DNA of 64,000 bases, from the NCBI GenBank assembly GCA_973895155.1, contig OZ316891.1, forward strand, positions 13,485,037-13,549,036, given 5' to 3'. Below, one piece after another: positions 48,133-60,470 of this stretch. Origin of the DNA: Marsupella aquatica (Eukaryota > Plantae > Marchantiophyta). Below the pieces are notes generated by a model. It searched no databases and was not told where the DNA came from. It saw only the letters and a program-made list of their open reading frames with translations. The first letter of the stretch is position 1, and each line of letters opens with the position of its first letter. The translations under genes were made by a program, and so were the position numbers.

Positions 48133-51100
48133 CTAGGCAGATGCAGTGGCCAATAAACCACTGTGTCGCAAAAGGGCATCAGTGGATGGATCTCTCCCTC
48201 TGAAATCTTTGAAAACCTGCCACAACAAAATACAACTATTATGATGTTCTGTGTACATGTGGACTCGAGAATCAGACAAGCAAGCAATGCTTTCTCCTAT
48301 GAAAACGAGTAAGCAGTCCCATTGCAAATCAGTGCGATAACCATGATCCAACCATTACCTCCGCTGGTGGTCTTCCGCCCCCAAGTCCAAGCACAGTCTC
48401 CCTGAACCGCTTTCCAGTCTCCTTAACAGCCTACAGCAAAGACAGACGTTAATTGCATGACTCAAGTGATATTTATGAGGCCATGCGTACGCACACAACA
48501 AAATGTAATGCAAAATTCACAACTTCAAACTGAATGCACGCCCCATAATAGCCTTCTCCGCAACAATCCAGAACAACTTTCCAGTTGCCAGAAGACAGTA
48601 CTTCTTATTTTTCTCAAGTTTCAAGCATTTGAAGGACTACTCCACGTTCCTTACCACTTCATTCTCTAGGCCCACTTCCTCAAACGCTGAAAATGCGTCG
48701 GCTGATAAAACCTCCGCCCACTGAAAAACAAAGCATTCAGAAGCAATAATCTATATGAGTTCCTCAATCCATGCAACTTCGTACGCATTCTCACTTGCAC
48801 AGCACCGACATGAATGTTAAATCTTTACTGTCCAATCCCAGAGACCTCAACGGCCTCAAGATCCTGAGAAATTTTCAGGCTTCTCTATAACGTCAATAAC
48901 AAATTTCAAGCAGGACGTCTTCAACAAGCAGAAACAGAGAATGACGAACTCCTCACAGGAGAAAATATAGTACCTTGTAACTGTAGTAACCAGCTGAATA
49001 GCCACCTGTACCAACCATAAACCTTTGTTCAAAAAGGGACGCGCTGACCAAGGTTGCCAAATGGGACCGATCTGAATCTGAACATATACTATTCGCGATT
49101 TAACAAAGCACTCTTCCCTCCATTTAGATTGAAAGAGGGGTTACCTGCAAAAATGTGGCTGAACCCACACAAAAATCGGTCTTCTGGCAGAGGTGGGATA
49201 ACCTGCGTCTTCTGTGCTATTCTTCGATCAACATCAAAGATAGTCTCTGAACCGCCTGGTTTGAACCTTGAGTGCAGCTCTAGGTCAATAAGCGCAAAGT
49301 GAATCTGAAAATACCCCACACGGGTCAACGGACATCATGCTGCTGCAATTTGATTGTGCAATGACTTAGTCAAAAAAGTAGAATCTTTAAGAGGAAATCA
49401 CAGGAAACAGCATAATTTGGATCATCCTCAGCAACTTGCCTGCCTCAGCATCATTGAAGCAGCACGGAAAGTCCTGGCAGCCAAGAGCTTACTATACAAC
49501 TCCTCTGAAAGCGTCTCCCCAGTTTTGTAGTGCTTTGCAATACCCAACAATGTGGCTCTGCATACCAAAAAACCACAGTGGGTACACTTCTTATCGAACC
49601 AGTTTCATTTTCACATGACGCCCGTGCAGAAACCGACTCTCGGCCAAGCCTGTTGCACTTATCCAATTAGAATATGCCCAGAGAACTCGACAAGTCGGGA
49701 GGGGATACTACGAACCTATGGTAGCACCAGTTCTCCATGAACTGGGAAGGCAACTCAACTGCATCCCACTCTACTTTCCGGATACCAGCAACTAAGCCTT
49801 CGTCTTGTTTGGTCAACATATGCTGTAGAGCATGTCCAAACTCGTGAAATACTGTCTCAACCTGCACATACGAAGCTAATCGCTTAAAATAGCAAATTAC
49901 ATTGAACTTCATTATTACAGACAAGGAATTAAATGTCACATGTTAATATTAAGAATGATATTTCAAAGATGTAAGTTCTGTGCAAGAAGCGCCAACAATC
50001 GATGGTGAAAGAATTGTACTTTCAGGCATTGTACTTTAAATAGTGAGAGACAAATTGAAAGTACCCAATGAAAAAACAAGACCATCTCTGCGCTGTGACT
50101 GATAGTTTTTCAATCTATTTCTCAAGGACAAGCTTCTCAGCTCATTAAAGCTCAGACCCCATACAAGAAGCACTACTAGAACGGTTGAAATACACACGTA
50201 CCTCTCGGAATGTCATTAAACTAGGTTCATCTCCAACTGGTGGAGTCTGGTTGCACACCATATGAGCCACTGGCAGCCGAACAGCGCTTTCTTGAGGAGC
50301 CAAAAGGCGACTACGGCCAAAGACTTCATCCATCCAGGCCCCTCCCCTCTTTTCTGAAGGTCTTGAGTACGGATCGAAGTAAAAATAGGCAAGAGGCTCA
50401 CCAGCAAGGTCTTTTACTCTGAAAAATTGCACATCCTTGTGCCATACCTGTGAAGCGAAAGTAGCAGATCAAAAGGGCACAAACAAAAACGATCAGGGCC
50501 AGTATCATTAAATTCTAAGCTGATTGATAAATGAGAGCCAACTTAAACATGTTCATCGGAAGACCATATACCCCGAAGAACGTGTGATGAGAGTGTGACC
50601 TTAAACAGCCTCCGCATTCATATGAATCAATATAACTCTCTAGGCGTTGGACAACCCAAAAACTATCATCCTCCAACCCAACGAGCTGTGCCGCTAGCAG
50701 TTCGGAATAACATATACATTAGAACGGTAGATTCTTCGTTGCTTACATGACATTAATGAAATGAGAAACCTGTTGAACCTTTGTCATAACTTCAGAACAG
50801 TAAATATAACGGAACAGTTGAACCAGACTTCCAAATTATCGTACCGGGGCAAGTCCATCAGCAGCTTCTATATCAACTCCAAAAAGCATTTTTGCGAGGT
50901 TGAATAAGCCTTCAGTCACCCTTGGTAAGGAGAAGAAGGGGCGGAGCTCCTCCTGAACGAGTGGCGCCCTTCACTTGTTAATCACATGCGACCAAAAACT
51001 ACCCTACTATTTGCACTTTAGTCTCAAGTACTCTGGATTCTCTAGTTCGTCAGCTGAAGCCACGTATGTGCAGTATATTTGTTCTACACAATGATCACCC

Positions 51101-54100
51101 AAATGTATTTTCTGCTAATGTTAACAGAACATGAACTTGATAGGTATGACCAGATATGAATACCTCATTGATGTTAAATTTGGCTTCCCGAAGACGTTCA
51201 CTCCAGAACGTTACATCCCAGGGTCGCATATCATCACCTTCCGGGGCACCTTGCTCCTTGGCAAAAGCCTTGAGATCCTGCAAATCTGCGTACCACGGGA
51301 GAGGTTCATTTTCTTTGCATGGATGAGGACAAACTTTTTTTAAAACTGCACCAAACTGAAGACGTCATTGCCTAGGAGCTTCTTGACGACCAATATGCTT
51401 CTGCTGTACACTCCTAGAGCACTAACAAGGCACTGATAACTAAAGAAACCGAAGTATTATCAAGTACTACCATTCAAAAGACTAATTCGGTCGAATCTCC
51501 TATCCAGGACGAGAACGAATATTGAGAAGACAACGGCTGAAATGAATCAATAAAGGCCATACCAAGAAATGAACCTTTGAAACCAAGCCTGTGTCGGGCT
51601 TCTTATCATTCCAACGGGGCTACAGAACCCATTGCAATCTGAAATATCGCAGTTTTAATAATAAACAAACACGTTTACACTCTACCAAAGGTCCTAAGAA
51701 CGAAGCTGCTTACCTTTGACAGCGGGATCCCATGATGTAATCCGAAGATTCTCCAAAAGATCCTCAGCACGGTCAAGGGTAGCCATTTTCAAAGCCATGC
51801 TTACCTACACATAATACCATGTCTTCAGACCTTTAAAAATCTACTGTATGACCACAATAAAATCGGACAAAACAAGCCTTCTAGATCTTGACCATAATGA
51901 TAAGACCTTGATAGTCATTACGTTAGCAATGGGTCAGATTAGGGAGAGTGACCTGCTTGCTAACTAGTATATTGATTGCTGACCTTCTGAACAGCCTTGC
52001 AATCCTTTACTACGGGGAGTCTGATGACCAGTTTAGGTCCCCGTGGGCGTTACATTCTTTCGATCCGCTGACTAATTAAGCGTCGCTATGCTTTCCTCAA
52101 CTTCTACACCCGAGCAGAAAACTAGCAAATAACAATAACAAGAACCCACCAGTCTGAAGATTAAGCCTCTACAAAGAACACACCACAAGACTGCTCACCT
52201 CGGCATGATTCTTATAGCCAAGGAGCTCAGCTTTCTCTTCCCGTAACTGCAATGTCTTGGTGATGATTGGAGTATTGTCTAAATCTCCGCTTGAGGCCCG
52301 AGACAAGTACGCTCTATACAGCTCCTCTCTCAGAGATCGGTTGCGAACATGCTGCATGACAGGCATGTAGCTGGGTGCATCCAAGGTGATGATCCACGGA
52401 CCACTTTCTGCTGTGGCACCTTCATGTCCCTGAAAAAACACAAAGAGGATACACAATATGACATCAAACTCATATTCCCATCTAGGAGATGAGATGCACA
52501 CTATCCACCTTAAAGTGTAACACCTCATCTTGAATCACCGCATTACATGAAGACCATGGAAACAAGGCTAACGGCATATTTCCTGAAATATCTTTCCAGT
52601 ACGTCGTATCTCGGAAGAGCAGCTTTCATTTGAATTGTACCTTTGATACAGCAGTTTGAGCAGCAAGGCCAAGGGCAGTGGGGGGAAGCCCTTCAATCTC
52701 TTTGGGATCAGTGATAAGCTTCTGGAACTTTTTGGTAGCATCCAGGACATTTTCGCTGAACTTTGTCGACAGCTGCTCGAGCTCCTGCGCAATGTTTACA
52801 GACGAACTTTCAGCTTGAATAATTCAAGTTGCAATTCTCCAAGAACAACTAAATTACGAGACCCCATCTAACAGTGACACACTGCTCCAAACGTGACCTT
52901 TATCAACTTCAGCACCTGTATAAATAAATTTTACTAGATTTCCACACTGTAGAATTCACCTTGTCCATAATAGGGTGAGCTCAGGGGGTTACAACGAAAT
53001 TCAGGCAATGAACAAAATGCAAACATAAATTCAATAATGAGGCAAATTTCGTTGAAGCTTGAAACAAGACTTCAGAAACCACAGGCCGATTCTACTTGTC
53101 TCATGACTTATGGTCTAAACGTGAGGGTAGCGTTCCCACTATAAACGCTTGGAACTATACCTGTTGGATTTCATTGAAGCGCGTCCTGGCCTCACCATCC
53201 AACCCAACCCCATTCAAAGTTGCTTCCTTCAGCTCCCCTGCAGCCCCAAGTTTGGCAACGGTCATATTGCGTAAGTACATCACTGCTCACTTATGGACTT
53301 TTTACTAAGCAAGGAATGGAGACCCAAGGTCAAGGCGGTGACAACTCTCTCAATGAGACAGAACTCCTCAACGTACACTGCTGCCAGACGAGATCAAGGG
53401 ATCCCAATGAAGAGACATGGGAAATACAGGGAACCATTTCACCTGACCAAAAACTTCACTTCTGAGGAAGCCTTCCCAACCGTGTAAATTGCAAGTAAGG
53501 AATGGAGTCAACCTACAAGACGCTCCCAGTTGACAATACTGCAATGCAAACGGCCTCACTAATGCTACCACAGTCTGCACAAGCGTACCTTCCACAATGC
53601 GTTGCTGAGCTTCAGTCAGTTGGCTCCACAAGGATCCCTCGCGAATCGCTTTAAACGCCTCGTATATGGGTTTGCTTTGGCCCAGTCTTAGTGAGAAAGC
53701 AACCCTATCCGGCTGATAGTATAAACAAATTTGAAATTCCAAAGACGACTGTTTAGAAAACGCATTTCCCATCTATAAATAAAAAACCCGGAAAAACAAA
53801 CACCTGCCTCGGAAAAATGTGAACCTAATATGATTAATGATTGGATGTTTCACCAAACAGAGAAGAGGACCGCTAAGTCCTCAAGATTTATGAAGGAAGA
53901 ACACCAAAAATAACATCCCAACACATAAACTTCATAAACGAAAAAGGCTGTAGAGGGGCAAAATGCAGATGTCACCGACTAGACTGCAATGACGGGCTAG
54001 TAAATTACGAGAACATCAATACAGACGACAATGTACAAGAAGAATCTCGGTTGAGAAGCATACCTGAACTTCTTCGACCGCAGATCTAAGTTCAGGAGAA

Positions 54101-55765
54101 TCTTTCACAGCCTTAAGATGGCTTACTGTACCCCAAGCCACAGATAACTTGTCGACTATCTTTTCTACCGGCTCCACTAGCCCGGGCCATGTCGGCTTTA
54201 CATTCGCTTCAAGTCCTACCAACTCGGCTTCCTGGAAATGCAGGCCCGAACGATCAATACCTTGCAACTTTAGGGGTCCAGCTGAGCACTGCGACCAGAC
54301 ACGAAATACAATTCTTGTACGAGAGAAAACATCCTTATCGAAAGTGTCCTGCTAGCTTCCAACCGTACACCCGACTAACAATCCCTTTTCACCCGAAGGT
54401 ACATCAAACCATGGTTCAATGTAAATTACGGTCAGTTTCTCTGGCACTCAAGCTCCGTGCGCAAGATGAACGATGATGTGCCGCTGCGCAGGTACATCAT
54501 CGATGTCTCTGGCAAATACTACAAGGTCGCCAGGGAGTGGCCATTCCTTCCTCTCCAGATTCAATTAGTGCGCGCCTCAGAATTCACAGCGAAAACTCAA
54601 CGAAATGACCGCCTCCTTTTGAGCGGACCGTGAAGTCAATTGTACCAAAACATTTGCTCAACAACGTGTGCCGTGAATTGTGAATTTTAATAATGAGAAA
54701 GTTTGATGTCCCCGTTAGGCTCACGAAACGTTCACATTGATAGCATCGCAATAAAGGCTGGAAAGAAACCTTAATACTGGGAACATAATATTAACCGATA
54801 ACAAGACCATCAATAGAGAGAGATTCGACAAGTTCTTGAAGAACTTTACGGTCAAGAAATGAAACATCTGCCGGTAAAACGCAAGACGCTGAAGAAACTC
54901 CAATAACTGCAGTTGGAATATAACCAGGACAAGAATCTGATTCTACCGTGCGCAAAAACCCGTTCAAGTGAGAGAGAAGTAGAAACATCCAAAGCACCGA
55001 ACTCTGGAACGAAATACACATGACGCCCAGTGTTCTAAAATTATGGCATAGTAGAGTCTTTAGGAAGGATAATGCCACAATGAAGCAGCTAACACGAGAA
55101 AGTGCAGGACTGCGAACCAGCTGTTTAAGAAGGGCTCGCATGCCAGGAATAACGTGGACAGCCTCCACGGCATCGAATCTTGGGTAGGCAGCATAGTCTA
55201 GCAGAGGATTTTCCTTCTCCGTCCGCTCCACCTGCTGCTCTTCCGTCACCGTAGCCATACACCTAGCTGTCTGCCTTGTCCCTGGCACCGCCACCCCACC
55301 ACTACCACTAATCTGCTGCTGCTCAGAACTCGAAAGCCTCCAATTCGACAACCGACGATCCCCGCTCGCCCTCACCGCCGGCACGACGCGACTACTTCTG
55401 CCACTCCGGATCCGAATCCAAGCGCTCTGCTGCCGTGTCGCCCCCAATCCGCACTCCAAACTGCAAAACTGGCTGCTGTTCGGTACCTCACCGAGAAGCG
55501 CTCGAGAAGCAGGGCCACGCGCGGCGGACAAGCACGGCGGTTCAGAGGAGCGGAATCTGGGAAACGCAGCGCAAGACAGAGGAAGGGGCGGAGAAAATGA
55601 AGACGAGGACGAAGAAGAGCATAACAATACGAGGCCAGCAGCAGCAGCTGCAGACGGAGCGCGAGGGCGACGAAGAAGGACGTGAAGGCGACGAGGCTGC
55701 AGGGCGCAAGAAGCCGAAGACGGAGAAGGCATAACAACAGCAGCAACGCCTGCGGCCATATCCAT
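48133..55765 (-). CDS. OOP: Organellar oligopeptidase A (peptidase M3A, thimet oligopeptidase-like); 17 exons
   Basis: Exons (-): 55765-55118, 54231-54064, 53712-53589, 53237-53161, 52784-52641, 52429-52199, 51804-51714, 51285-51164, 50952-50845, 50447-50202, 49861-49716, 49557-49440, 49304-49145, 49005-48974, 48720-48655, 48430-48359, 48216-48133. Motifs ENPLL, KRGGAWM, zinc-binding [46 protein letters not shown]. Long Ser/Arg/Ala-rich transit peptide. Confidence 0.95.
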
Positions 55766-56004
55766 CTACCTTCTTCCCTGTTCCTCTAAATTTGTTGTGC
55801 ATTCTTCCATTCCTCTTTGGTTCTCATGCAATACTCTGTCTCTCTGTCCGCCTTCCTTCCTGCTGCGACAGGGCTCTAGGCTACCGTGGTCGGGTAGTAC
55901 TGTACTACTACTACTGTAGTAGCAGTGGTCTCTCTCTCGTTCGGTAACCGCAGCGTTTTCCGTCCCCTGTTACTCGTCTGGATGCATGGACTCGCGAATG
56001 GGAA

Positions 56005-56712
56005 ATTCATTTATACTAGCCACAATACCATGCCCTTCGCTTCTCCGTCTTCGTTCTCCCTTCCTTTCTTACAAGCGTACCATACTCAATTCATTTATAC
56101 TAGCCAGAGTATGCCTTTCCCTTCTCACAAGCATACCATATTGCCCTTAGGTGTCCATACTCAATTCACTTATACTAGCCATAATAAGCCCTTCCCTTCT
56201 CACAAGCATACCATATTGCCATGGGGTGTCCATACTAAATTCATTAATACTAGCCAGAATGTGCCCTTCCTTTCTTACAAGCGTACCATACTCAATTCAT
56301 TTATACTAGCAAGAGTATGCCTTTCCCTTCACAAGCATACCATATTGCCCTTGGGTGTCCATACTCAATTCATTTATACTAGCCATAATAATAAGCCCTT
56401 CCCTTCTCACAAGCATACCATATTGCCATGGGGTGTCCATACTAAATTCGTTTATACTAGCCAGAATGTGCCCTTCCTTTCTTACAAGCATACCATACTG
56501 CCCTTGAGTATCCATACTCAATTCATTTATACTAGCCAGAGTATGCCTTTCCCTTCTCACAAGCATACCATATTGCCCTTGGGTGTCCATACTCAATTTA
56601 TTTATACTAGACAGCATATGCCCTTCCTTTCTTACAAGCCTACCATACTGCCCTTGAGTATCCATACTCAATTCATTTATACTAGCCAGAGTATGCCTTT
56701 CCCTTCTCACAA
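56005..56712. repeat. 75-bp tandem satellite, about 9 copies, with higher-order variant structure
   Basis: Unit CCATACTCAATTCATTTATACTAGCCAGAGTATGCCTTTCCCTTCTCACAAGCATACCATATTGCCCTTGGGTGT repeated with variants. Confidence 0.95.
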
Positions 56713-58205
56713 GAGTATGTAAAGTCAGTGCTCCATTCAAGGAAAATGAGAGAACAGGCATGGGAATCTGGTGATGAAGAGCCCGCCTGTGCAATGCACA
56801 GATATTGCACAGGTATTTGGGAGGGCACTATGGGACGCTTGTGAAATGGGACAGGCACGGGAGTTAAATAAAATGCTCCATTCAAGGACAAGAAGAAGGA
56901 TGGGCATGGGAGTCTAGTTATGAAGAGCCCTCAGAAGAAATGTACTGATATTGCACAAGTATCCGAGAGCAAAATTTTAAATAGAGCTAGATACACAATC
57001 TGCACGAACAAAACCAAGGAAAGAAAAATAAACCTATCAACCTTTAATCACAAAGATAATGTAAATCCAAGAGAAACCAGGCCAAAATTGTTCAAGGTGG
57101 ATCAAATGCCCACAGAGGACAATAATCTAGAGATTCTCATAGCCTCCCATTGTAGAGAACTCCAACCTTTTCAGATTTACGTGTTAGTGATCCCCCCTAG
57201 CAAGATGCCAGAGTTTAAGAGACACACCACTTCACCTCATAAGTGGAGCCCCAAGAATGGCATACATGGCCTCAAATTGAACTTGGGGAACCTGCATGTA
57301 GTGCCCCAACCTCAAGTGGGAATCCAGGACGGTATAGACCTTTTCCCTTAGTTTCCCTTGTCTCCCCTTTGCAATGCACCTACTAGCTCCTCAAGATCAC
57401 TTGCAAATCTTGTGCTATGGTCCCCCATTCATGGGTGACGACAATGAAACCTCAGATGAAACCACCAACAAACCACAAAGATGGCACTCCGGGACCAACT
57501 CCCCGGGGTGCAACTCAAGTAATTGGAAGCAGATCAGCCTCCACTATGCTTCGCTTGAATGAATCAACACTCTTGTGCTAGATCACGATTGACTGACAGC
57601 TTGTGAGGGTTCTTAGAACATGTACTCCCCTCATATAATTATGTTTTGGGGGACCTACCACCCTTGACCAACTTTGATCCTCTAATTGTGACCCTCAATC
57701 CATATGTAGCCAGATTCATAACTTCCAGCCCATGACTCCTTTGCACTGCTTCAGATCAACAATGAATTGATGATGGTGCTACCAACAACAGCTCGTGATC
57801 ACCTTCTTTAGGTGTCTTCTTGGACTAAGGGGTATTGGGGTAGGTCTGCAACACTGCATGCCCATCCTTTTTCACAAGCATACCTTATTGTCATCCTGAC
57901 CCCATACCCCGCCCATACCCAGACTCTCATTCCTGCCAATATATCACAGGCCCACCTTGCAACCCTATCCAAGCATTAATTTCAATTGGAGAGTGGAGGT
58001 CATAAGTATAAATGAAATCCCCATTTCAAGATGGAACTTTGATAGTAAACTTATTTGTAAAATACACAAAGTTTTTGTGTGATTTTTGCAAAACAATGTA
58101 AACATATATTAGCCTGACATGAGTGATGTGTGTTTTCTTTTCAAAGTTGCATGAAAAGAAAGCATGAAATTTTCTTTTGAGAGAAACGTTTTCTAGCCAA
58201 ATTGA

Positions 58206-58812
58206 TGTTGAGCAAAGATGCAACTCACAACGGCATGCACATGATCATCCAATAAACAAGTAGTCAACATAGAGGAATACATGGTTTCTTTCCAATGAGG
58301 CTACGTCTACAAGAACACACAAGGATTTAATTGCACTCGAAGCCAGTCGGCCACTCAGGGGGTTAACTAGGTGTATATTTTTGGGTACCACATGTGATCC
58401 CAGCCTAATATAAATAGAATTATTTCATAAAGAAAATATTCCAAGAATATTCTCTATTTCAATATTAATAACTTACTTTATTGTATAAAAGACATATATT
58501 AGAGAATATTCTATAAACATGAGTTTAGAATACCTTCTTTTGCCTCCTATGCTTTTTAAGATTTAGTTAATTTCTATCAAAAATACCTATTTTGGATCAC
58601 ACGTGGTTTTTAAGATTTTTGATAGTCAACCCCCCAAGGTCGGCCATACCAAGTCTCACAACACAAGCACTTTCTATCTCAGCTAGAGTTCCTCCTCCAC
58701 AAGAAAACATTGTTTGTATAGATAGGACTAGTGCAATAACCCAATCAAGTCTATGACTGTGGGTAGTCTGACTATGGCTGTAGTTGTAACTCTAGAGAGT
58801 AAATGCCTAACA
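58206..58812 (-). mobile_element. Solo LTR related to the copia LTRs at 9543/19349, interrupted by a MITE
   Basis: Reverse complement begins TGTTAGGCATTTACTCTCTAGAGTTACAA and ends TGCTCAACA, colinear with the copia LTR (…CTTGGTATGGCC…GTAGCCTCAT…). 5-bp TSD ATTGA at 58201-58205 and 58813-58817. Confidence 0.85.
58354..58638. mobile_element. MITE with 8-bp TSD (hAT-like by TSD length)
   Basis: TIR CTCAGGGGGTTAACTA versus reverse complement CTTGGGGGGTTGACTA. Internal inverted ACCAC.TGTGATCC arms and an AT-rich core. Exact 8-bp duplication GTCGGCCA at 58346-58353 and 58639-58646. Confidence 0.78.
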
Positions 58813-59019
58813 ATTGACAAGTCTAAACAATTCATAGTTTACAATTTTTTTGAAAAAATGTACTAAACACCACCAGTCAAAGCTTACAAAAAGCTATATT
58901 ATTATGTAGTGAAGTTCTAGGATCCCAACTTCTGGTTCCAAAATTGACAGCTTTTTTTCTTCCTGGTCAAGTGAAAAGTCATGACTCTTTGTTCCTGCTA
59001 AGACTCTTCAACTCCAATG

Positions 59020-60470
59020 AGTCGCGGAACTCGACTACCTTAACACTTAGCTCCGGCATCGCTGACTTCGACGACAAGCTCCCTTATGGTCCAGGCCCGG
59101 ATAGGCCATCCGGGGAGGACTTAGCATGGGGAGACTTGTGGACAATGAGACGTAGCACTAGCGAGGCAAGGAGCCAAGCTAGGGACACACACTAAGGACT
59201 TGGACTAGCGGATAGCTGGTTGGGTCAGGGGAAATGGGTCGGGCTCAAGGATGGCCGTCCGGACCTCCGGACGGACTTTGAATTCTGAGGGCTTGAGTGT
59301 GAGCTCCTCCCGGGCCCAAGCCCAATGGAGTTGACGCCATGGGCAACGGACGCTTGGGGCGCAAGTTATGGCCCGATCCGGGTTAGGCCGGTCGGGGGCC
59401 CCGAGCGGCGATGAGACCTGAGGGCCTAGGCATGAGCACTGGGTCAGCCCGGTCACAACGGGCTCTGCTTGCGGATGCCTAACAAGAAAGTTATGGGCGT
59501 TGCCAGTTGGTGGCGCGCCCATAATGCGCGATAGGATTCGGGTTGGGGGCCAAATGTTTAGGGACCAAAGCTGGTTCGGGGGTGGCAGGTCTCCAAAAGC
59601 ATATATGAGGGGAGTGGTGTCTCCCTGGGGGCCAAGGGCGAGCCGAAGTCGTGAGCCGCGGCGGTCGCGACACTATGGGAAACCGCCAAACAGAAATGGC
59701 GATATCTTCCCAACGGGAAGTCCGTTGGAGGACTTCTTAGGTGCGTTGGAAAGCTCAGCTGGGTCTGGGGGTGCCGTAGGTTCTCGTGGTTGGCAGGTGT
59801 TAGCTCGTCCGCTTGCCAAATCCTGCCGAACAGCAACCAAGCCGCGTTCAATCTCCCAAGGGAGCTTGCGTTGGGGAGGCAAGGCCAAGTACGTGTGGAG
59901 GCTGATCGAGTTCCAAGGGTGCTCGGCCCCTAGACCACCAGTGGGGCGAACCGGGAGCGGTTGCTAGAGTCGGGGCCGTTCTGGTCCCGGCGTGTTGGGA
60001 CAAGCTTGGGACAAGCTACACTAATTGGGCCATGAGCATGTCCTGAGGTCAGGGCAGTCAGTTGGTGATGGATAGGTACGAGGGGAAACCCGGGCCGCGC
60101 CCAAGGAAGGGGCTGTTCTGGACGAACAATGTGCGTGGGTTCTGGTTCCGGCTTATGGCATCGGGAGGACCTATCGCTGACCTATTTACCAATGTCTGTT
60201 GAGCTTGAGTTAGGATGCTAGACTTGGCGAGTTCTAGATCCAGAAGGGTTACTTACCGAGATGCTTGGTTGCTTGTGCAGACAGTGAGGACCGTTGAGTA
60301 GCGATCGTGTAGGAGAGCAAGTGCGGCTTTGTATGGGAGGGGCCGCTGGTGGTGCAAGGGGCACTAGGGTGCTTACTCGAGGTATTCCGTGGAGGCGTTC
60401 GGGCACCAAGGGCACTTAGGCGTGAGTGCTGGGATTGGTGAGGGCGCTGGGTGGCAAGGACCACCACTCA
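59020..60470. other. GC-rich island, probably a decayed retroelement 5' region/ORF1
   Basis: Sharp compositional contrast with the AT-rich flanks. Only short Pro/Gly/Arg-rich ORFs and no diagnostic motif. Confidence 0.3.

Noticed and set aside
1463-55765. Possible functional cluster of organelle-related genes (cysteine synthase, RbcX, OOP)
   Set aside because: No shared pathway, genes separated by TEs and an unrelated gene, and such neighbourhoods arise by chance.
56005-56712. Regular repeats that could be mistaken for a CRISPR array
   Set aside because: Units are contiguous tandem copies with no unique spacers, there are no cas genes, and the context is eukaryotic.
55925-56794. 265-aa (+) and 162-aa (-) repetitive ORFs
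   Set aside because: Explained by a 75-bp (multiple of three) satellite that lacks stops in those frames. No independent evidence of coding function.
56900-57600. Possible decayed LINE fragments (also 62100-62620 and 8500-9450)
   Set aside because: No diagnostic motif could be read by eye, so they are left unannotated pending a profile search.
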